Shown: positions 22,098-35,655 of the stretch, one piece after another
How the letters are laid out: each line of letters opens with the position of its first letter
Position numbering within the stretch: position 1 is the stretch's first letter
Assembly (NCBI RefSeq): GCF_001447785.1
Contig: NW_015173209.1
Span: forward strand, 145,793 to 209,792
Origin: Gekko japonicus
Lineage: Eukaryota
Direction: 5' to 3'
Length of the DNA stretch: 64,000 bases
The notes under the pieces: generated by a model
What the model saw: the letters and a program-made list of their open reading frames with translations, nothing else
What the model was told of the DNA's origin: nothing
The model's database searches: none
Program-made: the position numbers and the translations under genes

Positions 22098-23029
22098 GCA
22101 GTGGTATATACACTAATGGGTGTTGTGCATTCACCTGCTTTTGTATCAGCCTCCATGAAGTTTATTACCATCCAGGGAGGACCTTGTTAAGGCTCTATAT
22201 TGGCTTCTGCTAGCATTAGACCTTTCAAATCCATCACCCTGCAATTTTGCTATGATTATTATTGGGGAAAATCTCTTCTGATGTCCTGCAGACAGGAAAA
22301 TACTCTTTTTTATTTAAACTTTTTTATTGAAGTATTGAAAAATTTAACAAACAGTACAAATATATAATATAACTTCACTTTTTTTGTAAAAATACAGTTT
22401 TGAAGGGTACGTCTGTACCTTAAAGCAAGGATATACCAAAACATCAATATGCATACGTATAAGTTACCACCTGGATATACCAAATTCAATGGTTATTCAC
22501 AAAATTGGATCTGTATGAGCTATTCAGAAGAGAAATCTGTAGAGGGTTAATCTCTTGTTTATCGGAAATTACAAGCAATCATCTATCCAAATGTGAGAAA
22601 TGGATTATTTTCAAGGATTGACTCATTGAAATTGTAGTCTTCATTTACAAAATGGAAAAATACTCTTTTTAAAATCTTGTTACAAGATTGAGCCCAGCGA
22701 TTTAGTTCTGCTTTTCCTGTTTTGATAATTTTGATAGGCATTTATTTCTTGATTCATTGGATAGTATGTCTTATTCTATTGAATGCTATTTCAAGCTACG
22801 TTGCATGTTTGCAATACTTGATTATAGTGGAGGTTCGCCAGTTTGAAAGCATTCTTGAAACATATTTTGTAATTCCAGGGAAAGAAACAAATCAACTACA
22901 AGATGTTATGGCACTCCTTAAAGTCATTTTCTCTCGCTCTCAAAGGTAATACTTGATCAGCTAATGGAATCTGTACTTTGCCCCTTCTTTCCTCAAAATA
23001 GGTGACTGGCACTGTTTCCATATATGTCA

Positions 23030-23137
23030 GCTGTGGTAGATGGACATCATAATGCCAGCTGTACAAATGTGTGGCCATGAAAGGCTGTGGTAGATGGACA
23101 TCATAACGCCAGCTGTACAAATGTGTGGCCATGAAAG
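23030..23137. repeat. 54-bp tandem duplication
   Basis: GCTGTGGTAGATGGACATCATAA(T/C)GCCAGCTGTACAAATGTGTGGCCATGAAAG x2. Confidence 0.9.
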
Positions 23138-24498
23138 AGCCTGTAACTGAGGTGTGTGAAGTTTGAATATAGGGTGTAAAATAAAAGCATAAGAATAATT
23201 CTGTTGGAACACACCCGTGAGCCATCTACTACAGCATGGGGTTTTCAACTGTGACCTGACAAGTGGCCCTGGATGCAGACAAACAGGGCTTAAAGACATC
23301 AGAGTGGCTTTAATATTTGAATATGGGCATCCGGTATTAAAAAGTGCACTGTAGGATTTTCTGTATGTCATATTTTCATCACTTGCATGCTCATATTGCA
23401 CTCCCCCCTTTTTCTGCATGTGTTTTTGCTTGTTCTAGTGGTTGTGTTGATATTTCATTGCTGTATCTCCAGGTTATTTGCCCACACTTTTATACTGCTT
23501 GGGAATAAGCTGCTGATGTAGCCATATAATCTCAAAGTGACCACTGGGAGGAGCAAAATGTACACAGAAAATGGGGGGGAGATGTAATATGGGCACACAA
23601 GAGACAAAATTGCATGTGCAGAAAAACCCTTTGTCAGAACACAGGGAGCCCATTTAGCTATATAGATAATATCAGTTGACATATCACAGAGTGAAAAATA
23701 GAAGAGACCATCAGCATGTATTGGGGAGGTCTGTAAGACAATGATGCACCATATGGAAAACTTATCCAAGGATATATTGTAGGAAATAAACTTATTCAAT
23801 TCTAGTTAATTTAGATGGGAAATTATTGTATCCTCCCAGTATTATTCAAGAATGTACCAAACACTGTAACTTTTGTATCACAAATGACACACACATATTT
23901 TTCATCACTACTACTATTTAAAGGGGAAAATATTAATAGAATGTGATTGGTTTTCTCTTCTATTGCAACTCTAGGAAGGAATTATCAATGTAGTATGGGT
24001 TGCAAGGTGAAATGGAGGTGGCTACCAGTGCCATCCTAAGAAAACTTTCCTGGGAGTAATCTACCCCATTGAGTAGATATGAGTAGGGTTCATAGTAGAT
24101 CTGTTCAGTATGTCTCTCTACCAAACTTAAATTTCACTCCCAAGAGTGATTTCAGGTCAGCATAATAAGACAAAACACATTGGCCAATGTCACAAGGTTA
24201 TTTGAAACGTAGCGACAGTGTGATAGGCAGATAATAACATCTTCAAAGAGAAAATCCCCAAATCCTCAAAATAGCATTGAATCATGTCCTATTTATTGCA
24301 GCTTGATAGTCACAATCTAGGAAAGCCTTCACATTAGCCGGATGTGAGGCTTTCCCCTCCCCGCTGCTTGAGGGCAGATTCAAAAGGTTCCCCACTGGAT
24401 ACAGATTTTGCCAATGTGGCTCAGGGGAGATAGAAATTATTGAGCACATGATGCTCAGATGTAACCAGTATAACAAGATCCATGACAAGTATATTAGA

Positions 24499-26877
24499 CT
24501 AGGAAAATATTTGTGGAAATATTTATTTGTGGAAATAAATACAAAGAGATCTAGAAAGAGGCTCTGGGAGAGTGCTCTGGCTTTGGGCAAACAGTGTCAA
24601 TTTGCTGTGGTGACCTCAGCAGGGTATAATGACAGAGTCCACTGTTTTCTCCAGAGGAACTGATCTCTGCTACCTGAAGAGCAGTTGTAATTGTGAGTAA
24701 TCTGTAGCCCTCACCTGGAGATTGGCAACAATTGTTACCCAGGACAAAATGGCTGGTTTGGAGGGTGGAGTCTATGGCATTCTACCTGTCTGAGGTCCCA
24801 CCCCTCTGCAAACCCCACCCTCTCCAGGCTCCACCCCTCAAATCCCCAGGAATTTGTCAGCATGTAGTTGGCAACCCCATCTCCTTCCCAGCTAGCCACC
24901 AACCTACCATTATCTGCCCCTTTGACTTCAGCTGACTTCTGCCCTCCCTTCTGCAGAACAGTTGTAATACTGAGTGCTCTCCAGCCCTCACCTGGAGATT
25001 GGCAACAATGGTTCCCTATGTGGGACTGACTGGTTTGGAGGGTGGAGTCTATGGCAGTGTACCTGTCTGAGGTCCCACCCCTCCTCAAACCTCACCCTCT
25101 TCAGGCTCCATCCCTCAAGTCTCCAGGAATTTCCCATCTGGAGTTGGCAACCCTATCAGGATTGGCCCCAATGTGTTTTCTCCCAAAGGCCAAAGTAGGT
25201 GACAGGACCAAGCTTAGTTGCCTACCAACAGGCACTGAGGGGAATGTAGGGTTGCCAGCTCTAAGGAGGGAAATACCTGGAGGTTTGGGGGGTGGATTCT
25301 GTAGAGGGCCGGGCAACGGAGGCATCGGCCTTCCGTCGCCCGCCTNNNNNNNNNNNNNNNNNNNNNNNNNNNNNNNNNNNNNNNNNNNNNNNNNNNNNNN
25401 NNNNNNNNNNNNNNNNNNNNNNNNNNNNNNNNNNNNNNNNNNNNNNNNNNNNNNNNNNNNNNNNNNNNNNNNNNNNNNNNNNNNNNNNNNNNNNNNNNNN
25501 NNNNNNNNNNNNNNNNNNNNNNNNNNNNNNNNNNNNNNNNNNNNNNNNNNNNNNNNNNNNNNNNNNNNNNNNNNNNNNNNNNNNNNNNNNNNNNNNNNNN
25601 NNNNNNNNNNNNNNNNNNNNNNNNNNNNNNNNNNNNNNNNNNNNNNNNNNNNNNNNNNNNNNNNNNNNNNNNNNNNNNNNNNNNNNNNNNNNNNNNNNNN
25701 NNNNNNNNNNNNNNNNNNNNNNNNNNNNNNNNNNNNNNNNNNNNNNNNNNNNNNNNNNNNNNNNNNNNNNNNNNNNNNNNNNNNNNNNNNNNNNNNNNNN
25801 NNNNNNNNNNNNNNNNNNNNNNNNNNNNNNNNNNNNNNNNNNNNNNNNNNNNNNNNNNNNNNNNNNNNNNNNNNNNNNNNNNNNNNNNNNNNNNNNNNNN
25901 NNNNNNNNNNNNNNNNNNNNNNNNNNNNNNNNNNNNNNNNNNNNNNNNNNNNNNNNNNNNNNNNNNNNNNNNNNNNNNNNNNNNNNNNNNNNNNNNNNNN
26001 NNNNNNNNNNNNNNNNNNNNNNNNNNNNNNNNNNNNNNNNACCTGGAGTTGGCAACCCTATGTCCTTTCCAGGCCTACCTTTATCTGCCTGTCTGTCTTC
26101 AGGTTTACATCCCCCCTCCAGCCTCTGCCTAGGGAAAGGGGAGTCTTTCCCTGCAGTCGGAACCAAAGCAGCTGACATCATTCTCCTCTCCCACGTATGA
26201 TCCGCACAACTAACCTATGAGGTATGTTAAGGTTGAAAGTGTGTGAATGGTCCATATTCCCCCAGGCAGCTTTTAAAACATGAACCTGGGACCTGCACAC
26301 CATCCTCTGAAGTGCTCTCAGGTACATATCTGTGGCAGAAATGAGGTGACTGCTGGCAGTTTCCTATCATTTTTTGCCTTGTGGTATTCTGCTTGTGGTG
26401 TGATCTGTCCTTTTTGTGGTGTGGCTTGATTGTGTTATTGGGTTTTTTTCTGTTGAAGGGAAAGTGATGTGTTGTGAGTGATGACATATTTTACCTCAGA
26501 ATACAGCAGGTCCCATATTCAACTGACAATTCCAACTGTCTTGTGGGGGGGGAGTTTGAGGTGTGGAATGGAGTGAAGTCCACTCAGCTTCTATATGCAA
26601 ATGGCCTTGAAACGCTGGCCGAATCAGAAAAGAGTGGGCTGAAGTGGCCCAGCTGTAGAAGCCCCGTCCCTGCACTCAGTCTGCAGATGTTCCTCTCCTG
26701 TCAGAGGCCCAGAGCAGACTGAGCTGAACATTCTGGCCAGGGCTGACGTGGGCGGGACTATACAAAGCAGCCAGCCAACCCAGCCAGCGTCTTCTGACTG
26801 ACAGTTCAAGCCTCCAAACACTGTTGGAGTGAATTGGAACGTTGTGCCCCACTACGGCTTTATATATAAGGGAGAGA
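24499..26877 (-). mobile_element. Candidate non-autonomous Helitron, copy A (contains an N gap)
   Basis: Minus strand begins A|TCTCTCCCTTATATATAAAGCC and ends CTAG|T. Internal 24546-25345 is near-identical to 35690-36489. Confidence 0.5.
25346..26040. other. Assembly gap (others at 6035-6171, 7705-7733, 14591-15165)
   Basis: Runs of N. Confidence 1.
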
Positions 26878-27557
26878 TATGGTGGGACAAACAGGTGCTG
26901 AGCAGATTAACCAATTGTTAATCGATGGGAACCTGACAATTACTGAATCTGTGGTGAAATTCTGGGTGGGATGTTATTATATTTGAAACACACTATCAAA
27001 TATGTAACAATAGCTCCCTAGTAGTCTCTGATTTATGTTCTTCTTTCTTATTTTATTACATACAACTGCATTTTTACATAGTTTTATTTTTATATCGTTT
27101 TTTAAAATATATACTGTTTAAACTCAGTTATATGAATGTTTCATCTAAGTATGTGCATCTTATGGCTTGTGGTCATAATAATAAATGAACCTGAACCTGA
27201 ACCATTTACTGTTTCAGTTATTTGGATTTTGCAAAGAGAATGCCAACAAAGTGATAAGACTCCTGTGGGTAGTGACAGGGGGTAGCCAAAAATTGGGCAT
27301 GGTGGAGTTCTTAGGTAGGACTTTAAATGTGGATTGGGTTGTTGCTGTGGATAGCAATAGATGGATGATCAATTATCTGTGTTGAACTATTGATTTTATA
27401 TGTTGCAATTTCTCCTTGTTATCTGCTTTCAGTCTTTGATGGGAGCAAGACAGATAAAAATGTCTATACTAGAGGAAGAGAGGTCTCTTTGAAGTAAATT
27501 TCAGCTGTCAACCATTTAAATATATGTAGCCTGACTCTGTATAATTTATCTCCATTT

Positions 27558-28547
27558 TTATCTGATGATATCTCTCTCTCCCAAACACACAATAAGAGTA
27601 TTGTCACATCCCCAGTGCAATAAATTTCTCAAAGCACCCTTTACCTCTTTGTTCCTTAGTGTGTAGATGAAAGGATTCAGCAAAGGAACCACAATGAGGC
27701 TGAGGACGTGCACTATTTTGGTAATTTCTAAAGATGTCTGCTTAGAAGGTTTGACAAAAAGAAAGATGGTGGAGCCATACCAAATAATCAAAATGGCAAG
27801 ATGGGAGGAGCATGTGGAAAAGGCTTTTTGCCTTCCTTTGGTAGAAGGGGTGTGCAGGATGGTGGAGATAATGTATATGTAGGATAGAAAAGTTATCAGA
27901 CATGAACCTATGATGACAATGACAGCTGTGACAAAAGACACTATCTCAATGACATAGGTGTCTGTGCAGGACAAAACTATCCAAGAGTCAATGCTGCAGT
28001 AAAAGTTGTTAATCACACTGGATCCACAGAAGGACAACCTTGAGATCAGAAGAGCAGGTATAACAACAACCAGGAATCCACAAAGCCAAGAACCGAATAC
28101 CAGCTTGCCAGAGGAGCTGAGGTCCATAACTGTATTGTAGTGGAGTGGGTGACATATGGCCAAATATCGGTCATAAGCCATGACAGAGAGCAGGAATTGT
28201 TCAGTGCTCCCAAATGAAAAGACAAAGTACAACTGTAGGATGCAACCTGTGAAAGAGATGCTTCTGCTCTTCCCCAGGAAGATAGCAAGGATCTTGGGGA
28301 TAGAGGCTGTGGTGTACCATACCTCCAGGAAAGAAAGATTGCAAAGGAAGAAATACATAGGAGTATGAAGTTGACGATTGGTTTTCACTAAAATTATGAT
28401 GGACACATTTCCAAAAACTGTCAAGATATACATAATTAGAAAGAGGATGAACATGACTGTTTGCAGATACTGAGTCCCAGGGAAGCCAAGAAGGATGAAT
28501 TCCATAACATTTGTTTCATTATTTTCTCCTGGATGGTACACTCCCAT
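27558..28547 (-). CDS. Olfactory receptor, class II (OR6-like subfamily, paralogue B)
   Basis: Intact ORF from MGVYHP with NET, LHTPMYFFLCNLS, MAYDRYLAICHPLHY, KAFSTCSSH, PLLNPFIYTLRNKEV. Acceptor TTTTGTTTCAG(AAG) just upstream. Confidence 0.96.
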   Translation of the reverse strand: MGVYHPGENNETNVMEFILLGFPGTQYLQTVMFILFLIMYILTVFGNVSIIILVKTNRQLHTPMYFFLCNLSFLEVWYTTASIPKILAIFLGKSRSISFTGCILQLYFVFSFGSTEQFLLSVMAYDRYLAICHPLHYNTVMDLSSSGKLVFGSWLCGFLVVVIPALLISRLSFCGSSVINNFYCSIDSWIVLSCTDTYVIEIVSFVTAVIVIIGSCLITFLSYIYIISTILHTPSTKGRQKAFSTCSSHLAILIIWYGSTIFLFVKPSKQTSLEITKIVHVLSLIVVPLLNPFIYTLRNKEVKGALRNLLHWGCDNTLIVCLGERDIIR

Positions 28548-29560
28548 CTGTCCTCTTTTTTCCTTCTGAAACAAAAGGTTGAATTAATATCTAAAAGGAT
28601 GTCACCAAGAATTAAACAATAGGTAGGATAAGTTAGGTGTTTTTCTTCTTATCTCACTCAATCCTCTTCCTTTTTAACACATCCCACACAGATTTTATCT
28701 ATCCCCTTACCAGAGGATAATCAGAGAGGACTATTCCTTTCTTTTCCCCAGCAGAGAAACTGGCTTAATCCAACCCACCTCTATTGCAAATTCAATAAAC
28801 CAAATTGTTATTTTCCCATTGTGAAGTTTGCATAGACCAGTTGATTACACAGACTAACTCTGATCACTTTCTAACCAGACTGTGTGTTATCCAGGACAAA
28901 AAATGATGCTTCCAACTTTCAGTGAATGATTTTTTGTTAGTTATTAATCCTCCCCATCCAATAAAGTGATGTGCTAGGAATTTTAAAGATAGAGCCGATG
29001 ATAACTCCATAAATTGTGCAATGGCGACAATAAACAGAGAAAAGATGAGTTAATGACATAATGCTAGTTGGGTTGATCATGGAAGACTGGTATTACATAG
29101 TCAAAATTAATGATGTAGTAAAGTAGAACTTGCTTTGTAGAATAAAATTTGGTTGTGAGGAGGATGCTGGAAGGAGCCAAGGAAGGTTGCTGGATGGAAA
29201 AAGTGGAGAGAATGGGGCACCTTGAAATCCCTATCTCCAGATGAACCTGTAATCGCTTCAAGCATCAAAGCTAAGGACATTCCAGGAGATCTATGACCAG
29301 ATCTTCCCAGAAGCTTTTAAAGCTGACCTACAGCCATTTAAACTTCCATTGGGGATATATGAGAAGGGAAGGAAGTTTATCCCTTTCATGGCTGAACTAA
29401 TCAATATTAACCTCCTCAATAAAAGAGAGAGAGAGAGAGAGTAAAACATAGGTTTTGAGTAAAGAATCTTTGCAGGAGTAGAATTGTTAAACCCCCTCTC
29501 CCATTCCCATTATTCTGGGCTTCTACTCAGTTTGAATTAAATTTAAAATTAAGTTGGTAG

Positions 29561-29765
29561 TAGGACTGCCAATCTCCAGGAGGAGCCAAGATATCTGGAA
29601 TTAAAATTCTCCATTCAACAGGGATAAGTGCCCTAGAAGAAAATGGCACCTTTGGAGGATGGACTTCATGCGTTGCACCCTGCTGATGTCCCTCCCCTCC
29701 CCAACCTCTGTAGGCTCCACCCCCAAATCTTCAGGAATTTCTCAGCCTGGAGTTGGCAACCCTAG
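29561..29765. mobile_element. Abundant non-autonomous hAT-like element (TAGGGTTGCCA TIR)
   Basis: Termini TAGGACTGCCA and TGGCAACCCTA. The same body recurs at ~5130-6025 (split), 24650-25300, 30500-30725, 35790-36450 and 41968-42180. Confidence 0.7.
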
Positions 29766-30797
29766 CTGGTAGATCCACAATCTGTTATGTTAATCAAGTT
29801 AAACTTTAAGTCTCTGTTGTCAACCCGAACTATGATGTGATATTCACTTTGTGAGTACTAGTACTTCTTATATTATAGCAGGAGGCCTACTGCTGCTCAG
29901 GCCCTCATTCTTACCACTGCTCATCTGGGGGGGGGGGGGGGAAGGCCCAGGCCAGAACTGACATCCAGTGATGCCTGGTACTTGGAATACCATAGGAGAG
30001 CACCTTAGAGACCAACAGGATTACCAAGATATAATTTTCAATAGTAAAACTTCCCTCTGTCAGATACAAGTAGGCGTGGAGATCCCTGAGTCCTTATATC
30101 CCTGTCTGGAGGTGGGAGTTGCAAAGAAACTACCTATGAAACTATCTTCATGGAGTACCATGAACTTTTTGGGGGTGGCCAATGTATATTCCAATGCTCT
30201 TACATCACATCCAAGTGTTGTTTTTTCCCCATGAATGTGATGCCAAATGTCACTGAACAGCATTTTTTGGCCATGAGCCTGCCATTAAAGTTCTTGAGGA
30301 TGCCAGCTAGTGGCCCTGGAATCCCTCTTATGGACTGAGACAAAGGCCCATTATGTGACAGAGGGGGGGGAATATAGCCACAGATGCATAGAGAAAAACA
30401 GAATAAAATGGATGGATGGATGGAAGGAAGGACCATTTTTTTTAAAAAAAATACTTCATTTATACCCCACCTTTCTCGCTAGAGGTAGAGATGTCTAGAG
30501 ATAGGGTACCTGGGGAATCAGTGGAATTACAGTATCTCCAGACTACAGAGATCAGATGCTCTGAAGAAAATGGATGCTTTGGAGGGTGGACTCTATAGCA
30601 TTGTGTTCCACTGAGGTCCCTGTTCTCCCCAGGCTCTGCCCCCCAATCTCCAGGAGTTTCCCAACCTGAATCTGGAAACCCCACTTCCTACCCCCTGCTG
30701 GTGACCAAGAGAGACCTGGCAACCCTTCCGAGAGAGGACACAATATTCCATCCCTGGTAATTTGTTCTGTGGCTTCCATGCTACCTAGCTGTGTATA

Positions 30798-31114
30798 TTG
30801 TTGTTGTTCAGTCGCACAGTCGAGTCCGACTCTTCACGACCCCTTGGACCAGATCATGCCAGGCCTTCCTGTCTTCCGCCGTCCTCTGAAGTTTGCTCAA
30901 TTTCAAGTTCGTTGCATCTATGACACTGTCTAACCATCTCATCCCTTGCCGTCCCCGTCTTCTTTGACCTTCAATCTTTCCCAGCATCAGGGTCTTCTCC
31001 AGTGAGTGCTCCCTTCTCATTTGGTGGCCAAAGTATTTGAGCTTCAGTTTCATTATCTGGCCTTCCAGGGAACAGTCAGGGTTGATTTCTTTTAGGATTG
31101 ACTGATTTGATCTT
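30798..31114 (-). mobile_element. RTE/BovB LINE 3' fragment
   Basis: MKLKLKYFGHQMRREHSLEKTLMLGKIEG peptide, highly similar to 4338-4670, with a (CAA)n tail. Confidence 0.9.
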
Positions 31115-33976
31115 GCCTTCTACTGAGATTTGTGTACATATGGAGTCCCAATTCAGATCAAGGACCATGGTGTAAAGAATTTACCTACATTTTTCTCCAG
31201 ATCTGAAATAGCCATGGAAGCTGCTGTTTCCCTGTCATGTTTGTAGAATCAGGCCTGGACATGGACCCACAAATAGTGTATTCTTGACTGGTTATACTGG
31301 CTTTGTATGTGCCTTCTACTGAGATTGGGTCCCCATATAGCCTATTGCTTTTGAATAAGAATAACTCGAAATGTGGCAGCCGGCAGCCAGACTACGCATC
31401 ATAGCTTCTTATAGCTTATGGAACTCCTGAAATGTCGACTCCATGATGAATTGCATGTCAAATTGGACATTGATATTGCAATGCTACTGAAGTGAAACAC
31501 AGTAAAATACTTGGGACTTTATTCTTCTTTCCATTATTATTCTTCCTTCTGTATCTTGGTTACACCTTGGCCGGAAATTGTTATAACAATTATATTTTTG
31601 CATTATTTAATTATTATTACACATTTCATATATTGGTTATCTCTAGTCATGTATTTCAGCCTAACTTACCTTACAGCATTACTGTGAGAACATCTGGCAT
31701 GAGATCCTTGGTGGATGGGCAGGCGGGGAGTGATAAATGATAGTTTGTGTTGAAATAGAAATTCTGTGAGGGAAATATGGTTGACAGCTATGCCTGCACT
31801 GAAGGTGAAAAATACAAAGCAATTTAGAAAATTCATAGAATAAGTTCAGCAAAACCCCCCAGATTACATAAAAAGGAGCCCAGAAAAGTCCAATATCTAA
31901 AACGAATCTACAGACAATGGGGAACAAATAACAATCCAATATTCACCAGACACCCATATTGGTCTAATAAAGGTTGACAGAGAAATGTGTGAAAATAAAT
32001 TGAAGTGCTGGGAAAAAATCTTTTTTATATTTCTAAAGCAGATTTTAAAAGGTATTTTAATATTCAGAGGTAATAACAGTAATAATTATGAGGCTATGAA
32101 TTAATAAATAATTATGAAGATGCTTTCAAATACAGGGAACAGTGCATCATGACATAAAAAAACAACTATATCCTGAGGATATAGTGTGTGTGTGTCTGTG
32201 TGTGTGCGCGCATGTGTGCACGCACACCAAAGAGGGAACATATAGTTTGACCGATAGACAATCTTTATTTTATTTTTTTAAACCACCTTTTCTGTTTAGT
32301 TTATAGTGAAAACGGTGAGGATGTAATAAAAAGAAATGTGCAAAAATATGCCATTTTTCATGGGTAGCTGTTTGCCATAGTAAAATACAGCAAAACGAAG
32401 TCACTCATAAACAAGGTAGGGTTTTCTATGTACTCACCAGAATGTCTCTATACAGGAAAAAAATGGTTTTGCTAATTAACACATTTTTAAATGTTCTCAT
32501 TAAGATTGAATATGCTCTAGGTGGCATGGAATACTGAGATCAGATGAGTGAGGAAAAAATATCAGTCTGCTCAAGTTCCAGAGAACATTTAGAATAATGG
32601 GAGAGAGATTTTGTCAGAATCTAGCAATATTTCCAAATTGTTCCTTTTCACCTGTCATTAATCATGGGCCTGTAATGTACAATATCCCAAATTTCAGATT
32701 GAATAGCATTTGAAATTATCTTACAAGATTCAACTTTTAAATATTCTGCAAATGAATGAAACTTTATATAGCTATTTATCTTATTCACATCATTATTCTT
32801 ACATCATTTCTGAGGAGAAGAAGAAAATCACTATTTTCCCTATATGCAGGTGGGCAGTCATGTTGGTCTGAAGCAGCGGAACAAAGTTAAAACCTTAAAG
32901 TTGCCACTGGACTCTAACTTTGTCTCTGTTTACAATTAGGCTACTTTAATCACACTGAGGTGCAAATCAGAGGCTTTAGGGCAGTGAATAACCTACAGGA
33001 CAGTTCCCTGTGGTTTCATATTTCATTCATTCATTCATTCATTCCTCACATTTATATATTTCCTTTCTTCCCCGAAGTTCAGTGTGGCATATTTGGAAAG
33101 GAATATTCATTTATTTAATCATAGCAAGGCTGTGAGATTCCAAGATTCCCAAGTGAGTTTTTATGGCTCAAATGGAAATCCAAACTCACTTCTGCAAGTC
33201 CAACACTTTAACCTACTTGATCTCCCGTGTCTAAAGCACCTAGGTCATACTAAATGGTTGATGTACTATGCTCAACTAGGAAAGTTACAAATCATGAAAA
33301 TTGTTGGTAATATAAAAATAAAGCCTCTAATAAAATATATAAAACACTTGTGTTGTTGACTTTATACTTTCTTTCAGTAAATATACAATCTCAAGTAATC
33401 AGAAAGTTATTGCCGTCACTGTCAAATTTTACAAATAAAAAGGTCTGTTATTATTGACCTGGATATTGTTGGGGCTGTGCTGGGCCAATTAAAGCAGAGA
33501 CTTATCATTCTTGTGATTCATACTTACAGTAGTGACTATGCTGAACTGACAAATAGCATCTCTTGACACAGGTTTGATAAGCTGGCAGGGAACATCAAGG
33601 TTTGGTGAAGGTACAATGGACATATGTTTTGGGAATCTTGGAAAAGGGTGGAGAGATTCCACTTTGATTTCCAAAAATGCTATACTAGGGTCTGGGGATC
33701 ATAGGACAGGCATGGGCAAAAGCTATTTGTAACAGGACAATAATAAGCAGGATCATTGGATGAGAATGAATGAAAAAGCTGGCTGGATTCAACTCAACAT
33801 GCTTTTATTTATTTTGATATATACCTATAGCTTTACCTATCTGTCTGTCGATCTATCTATCATTTACCATCTATTATCTATCTAGCTCATCGGCTTTATT
33901 GTTTTTGTTGAAACATGTAACACTTAAACCTCTCTGACTGTGCATTCAGGGGGGGGGAAGGTAAGAAAATAGAGCC

Positions 33977-34300
33977 ACTTACCAATTGTTTGTTCCTTCA
34001 TTCCCTTTGGTCAATATGTCAACTGTATCACTTAGATTGAATCTGCATACTTATCTACCCATTCATTCAATATTCCACATATAGATACTTAATCACTCTG
34101 AGTTTTTGGCAGTTTTATATTTATTGGGTTTCTTATTCCTACTCCTTCCCAATCTAAAACATGGATAAGAAGGCTTTCTGACACATTTGTTGGTAATTGA
34201 GATGCAGATGATTAAAAAAACGTATTTTATATTATCATAAACAGAATCTCCCTTGAGATTTCATCTCCAAAGAATTCATTGATTTAGAAAAAGTATTCTA
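33977..34300 (-). promoter_or_regulatory. Promoter and 5' exon of OR paralogue B
   Basis: Donor TTG|GTAAGT at 33983/33982, TATAAA (34226-34231), O/E-like CTCCCTTGAGAT (34248-34259). Homologous to the A and C upstream blocks. Confidence 0.7.
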
Positions 34301-35655
34301 ATAATTCTTATACAGTTATGAAGTTATGCATTGATTAAGAACAAACATTACCGAAGTACATCTATATTTCTGAACTCCATTTTCTCTATAAATATGTATT
34401 GTCATGCTACCTCTGACCTTACAGCACTAAGTTTCTAATTGGAATGTGGATTAAGGGTATAATACATTAAAAAATATGAGTTGAGTACACAGTCTGTTAT
34501 TCTCAGAGTTGTATGAAAACCCAAAGAAATCTACTCTAGTTTTGAACTCTAAAGATAGTGTGCTAGTTCTGTCTGGTTTTCTAACAGTCCCATGATGTCT
34601 CCAGCTGTCAACCATTTTCCTGATAACTGTAAGGAAGCAAAGGTTGAACATGTAGTCACAAGGAGAGTGAATGGTGAAGCAGTCGTATGCTTGACAGATA
34701 CATCAACCATCCAGAACACAATAGCTCACATTCCAATTAAAATACAAGGAAGCCAGGTCAGTGTGCATCAGTGAAGACATTGCCACAATTATGTCCTCAG
34801 GTTCTATGTTTCCTTAACAAGAAATATGTGGATTCAAAAGATCAGGGTGAATGTGAACTCACCCTCACCTAGATAAACCAGACAAGCCCAGTATCATCAG
34901 ATCCTGGAAGTAAAGCAGGATTGGCCCTGGTTAGTACTTGTATGGGAGACCACCAAGGAATTCCAGGGCTGATATGCAGGGGGTGGCCATGGCAAACCAC
35001 CTCTATTCATCTCTTGCCTTGGAAGCCCCATGGGGCAACCATAAGTTTGCTGAGACTCAATGGCACTTTCTACCACCAAATGTGGATCTCACGAAAGATC
35101 ATTTTTGACTGACCACAAAATGTGAATCTGTAGGACTCATTGCTGCTTATGAGGCACAGTAGTTAAATGGGGAACATTAACCAACAATTTTTGGGACTTC
35201 CGGTTTCCAATTTTTGGGATTTCCATGGCGGGCGGGCATGCTCCTTTGCTGCTCTGAAAGGACCGGCCTGTGACGCAGCAGATGGGAGGGGGGCTGGTTG
35301 ATCCGGATCCCCCCCGGAGTCCTTGGAGGGTACTCCCAGCCTGAGATGCTGGAGGTTCCCTCTCCCAAGGCTGCGGCCAAGGAATTGAGGCACCTCCCAG
35401 CCCTAATAGGTCCCGTCACCACAGAGCCAATATGGTATTAACAGGTGTAAACTGGGTGAGCAAACAAGTGATCCCACAAAAATAAAGCTCTCCCTACCTT
35501 CGTAGCATACATGGAATGAACCGTGAGTGCAAATTTTCCATTGGCTGGCTATCTGGTAAGACGCATATCCAAAGCCCCAAACGGTATCGATGGAGGGGGG
35601 AGGGAGCTAGCTCATGTCTCTCCCCCCCCATACAATCTTAAGCAAATTTATTCAA

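Noticed and set aside
14450-26200. Long ORFs containing X runs (14450-15184, 25042-26175, 25261-26181, 25292-26200)
   Set aside because: Artefacts of N gaps.
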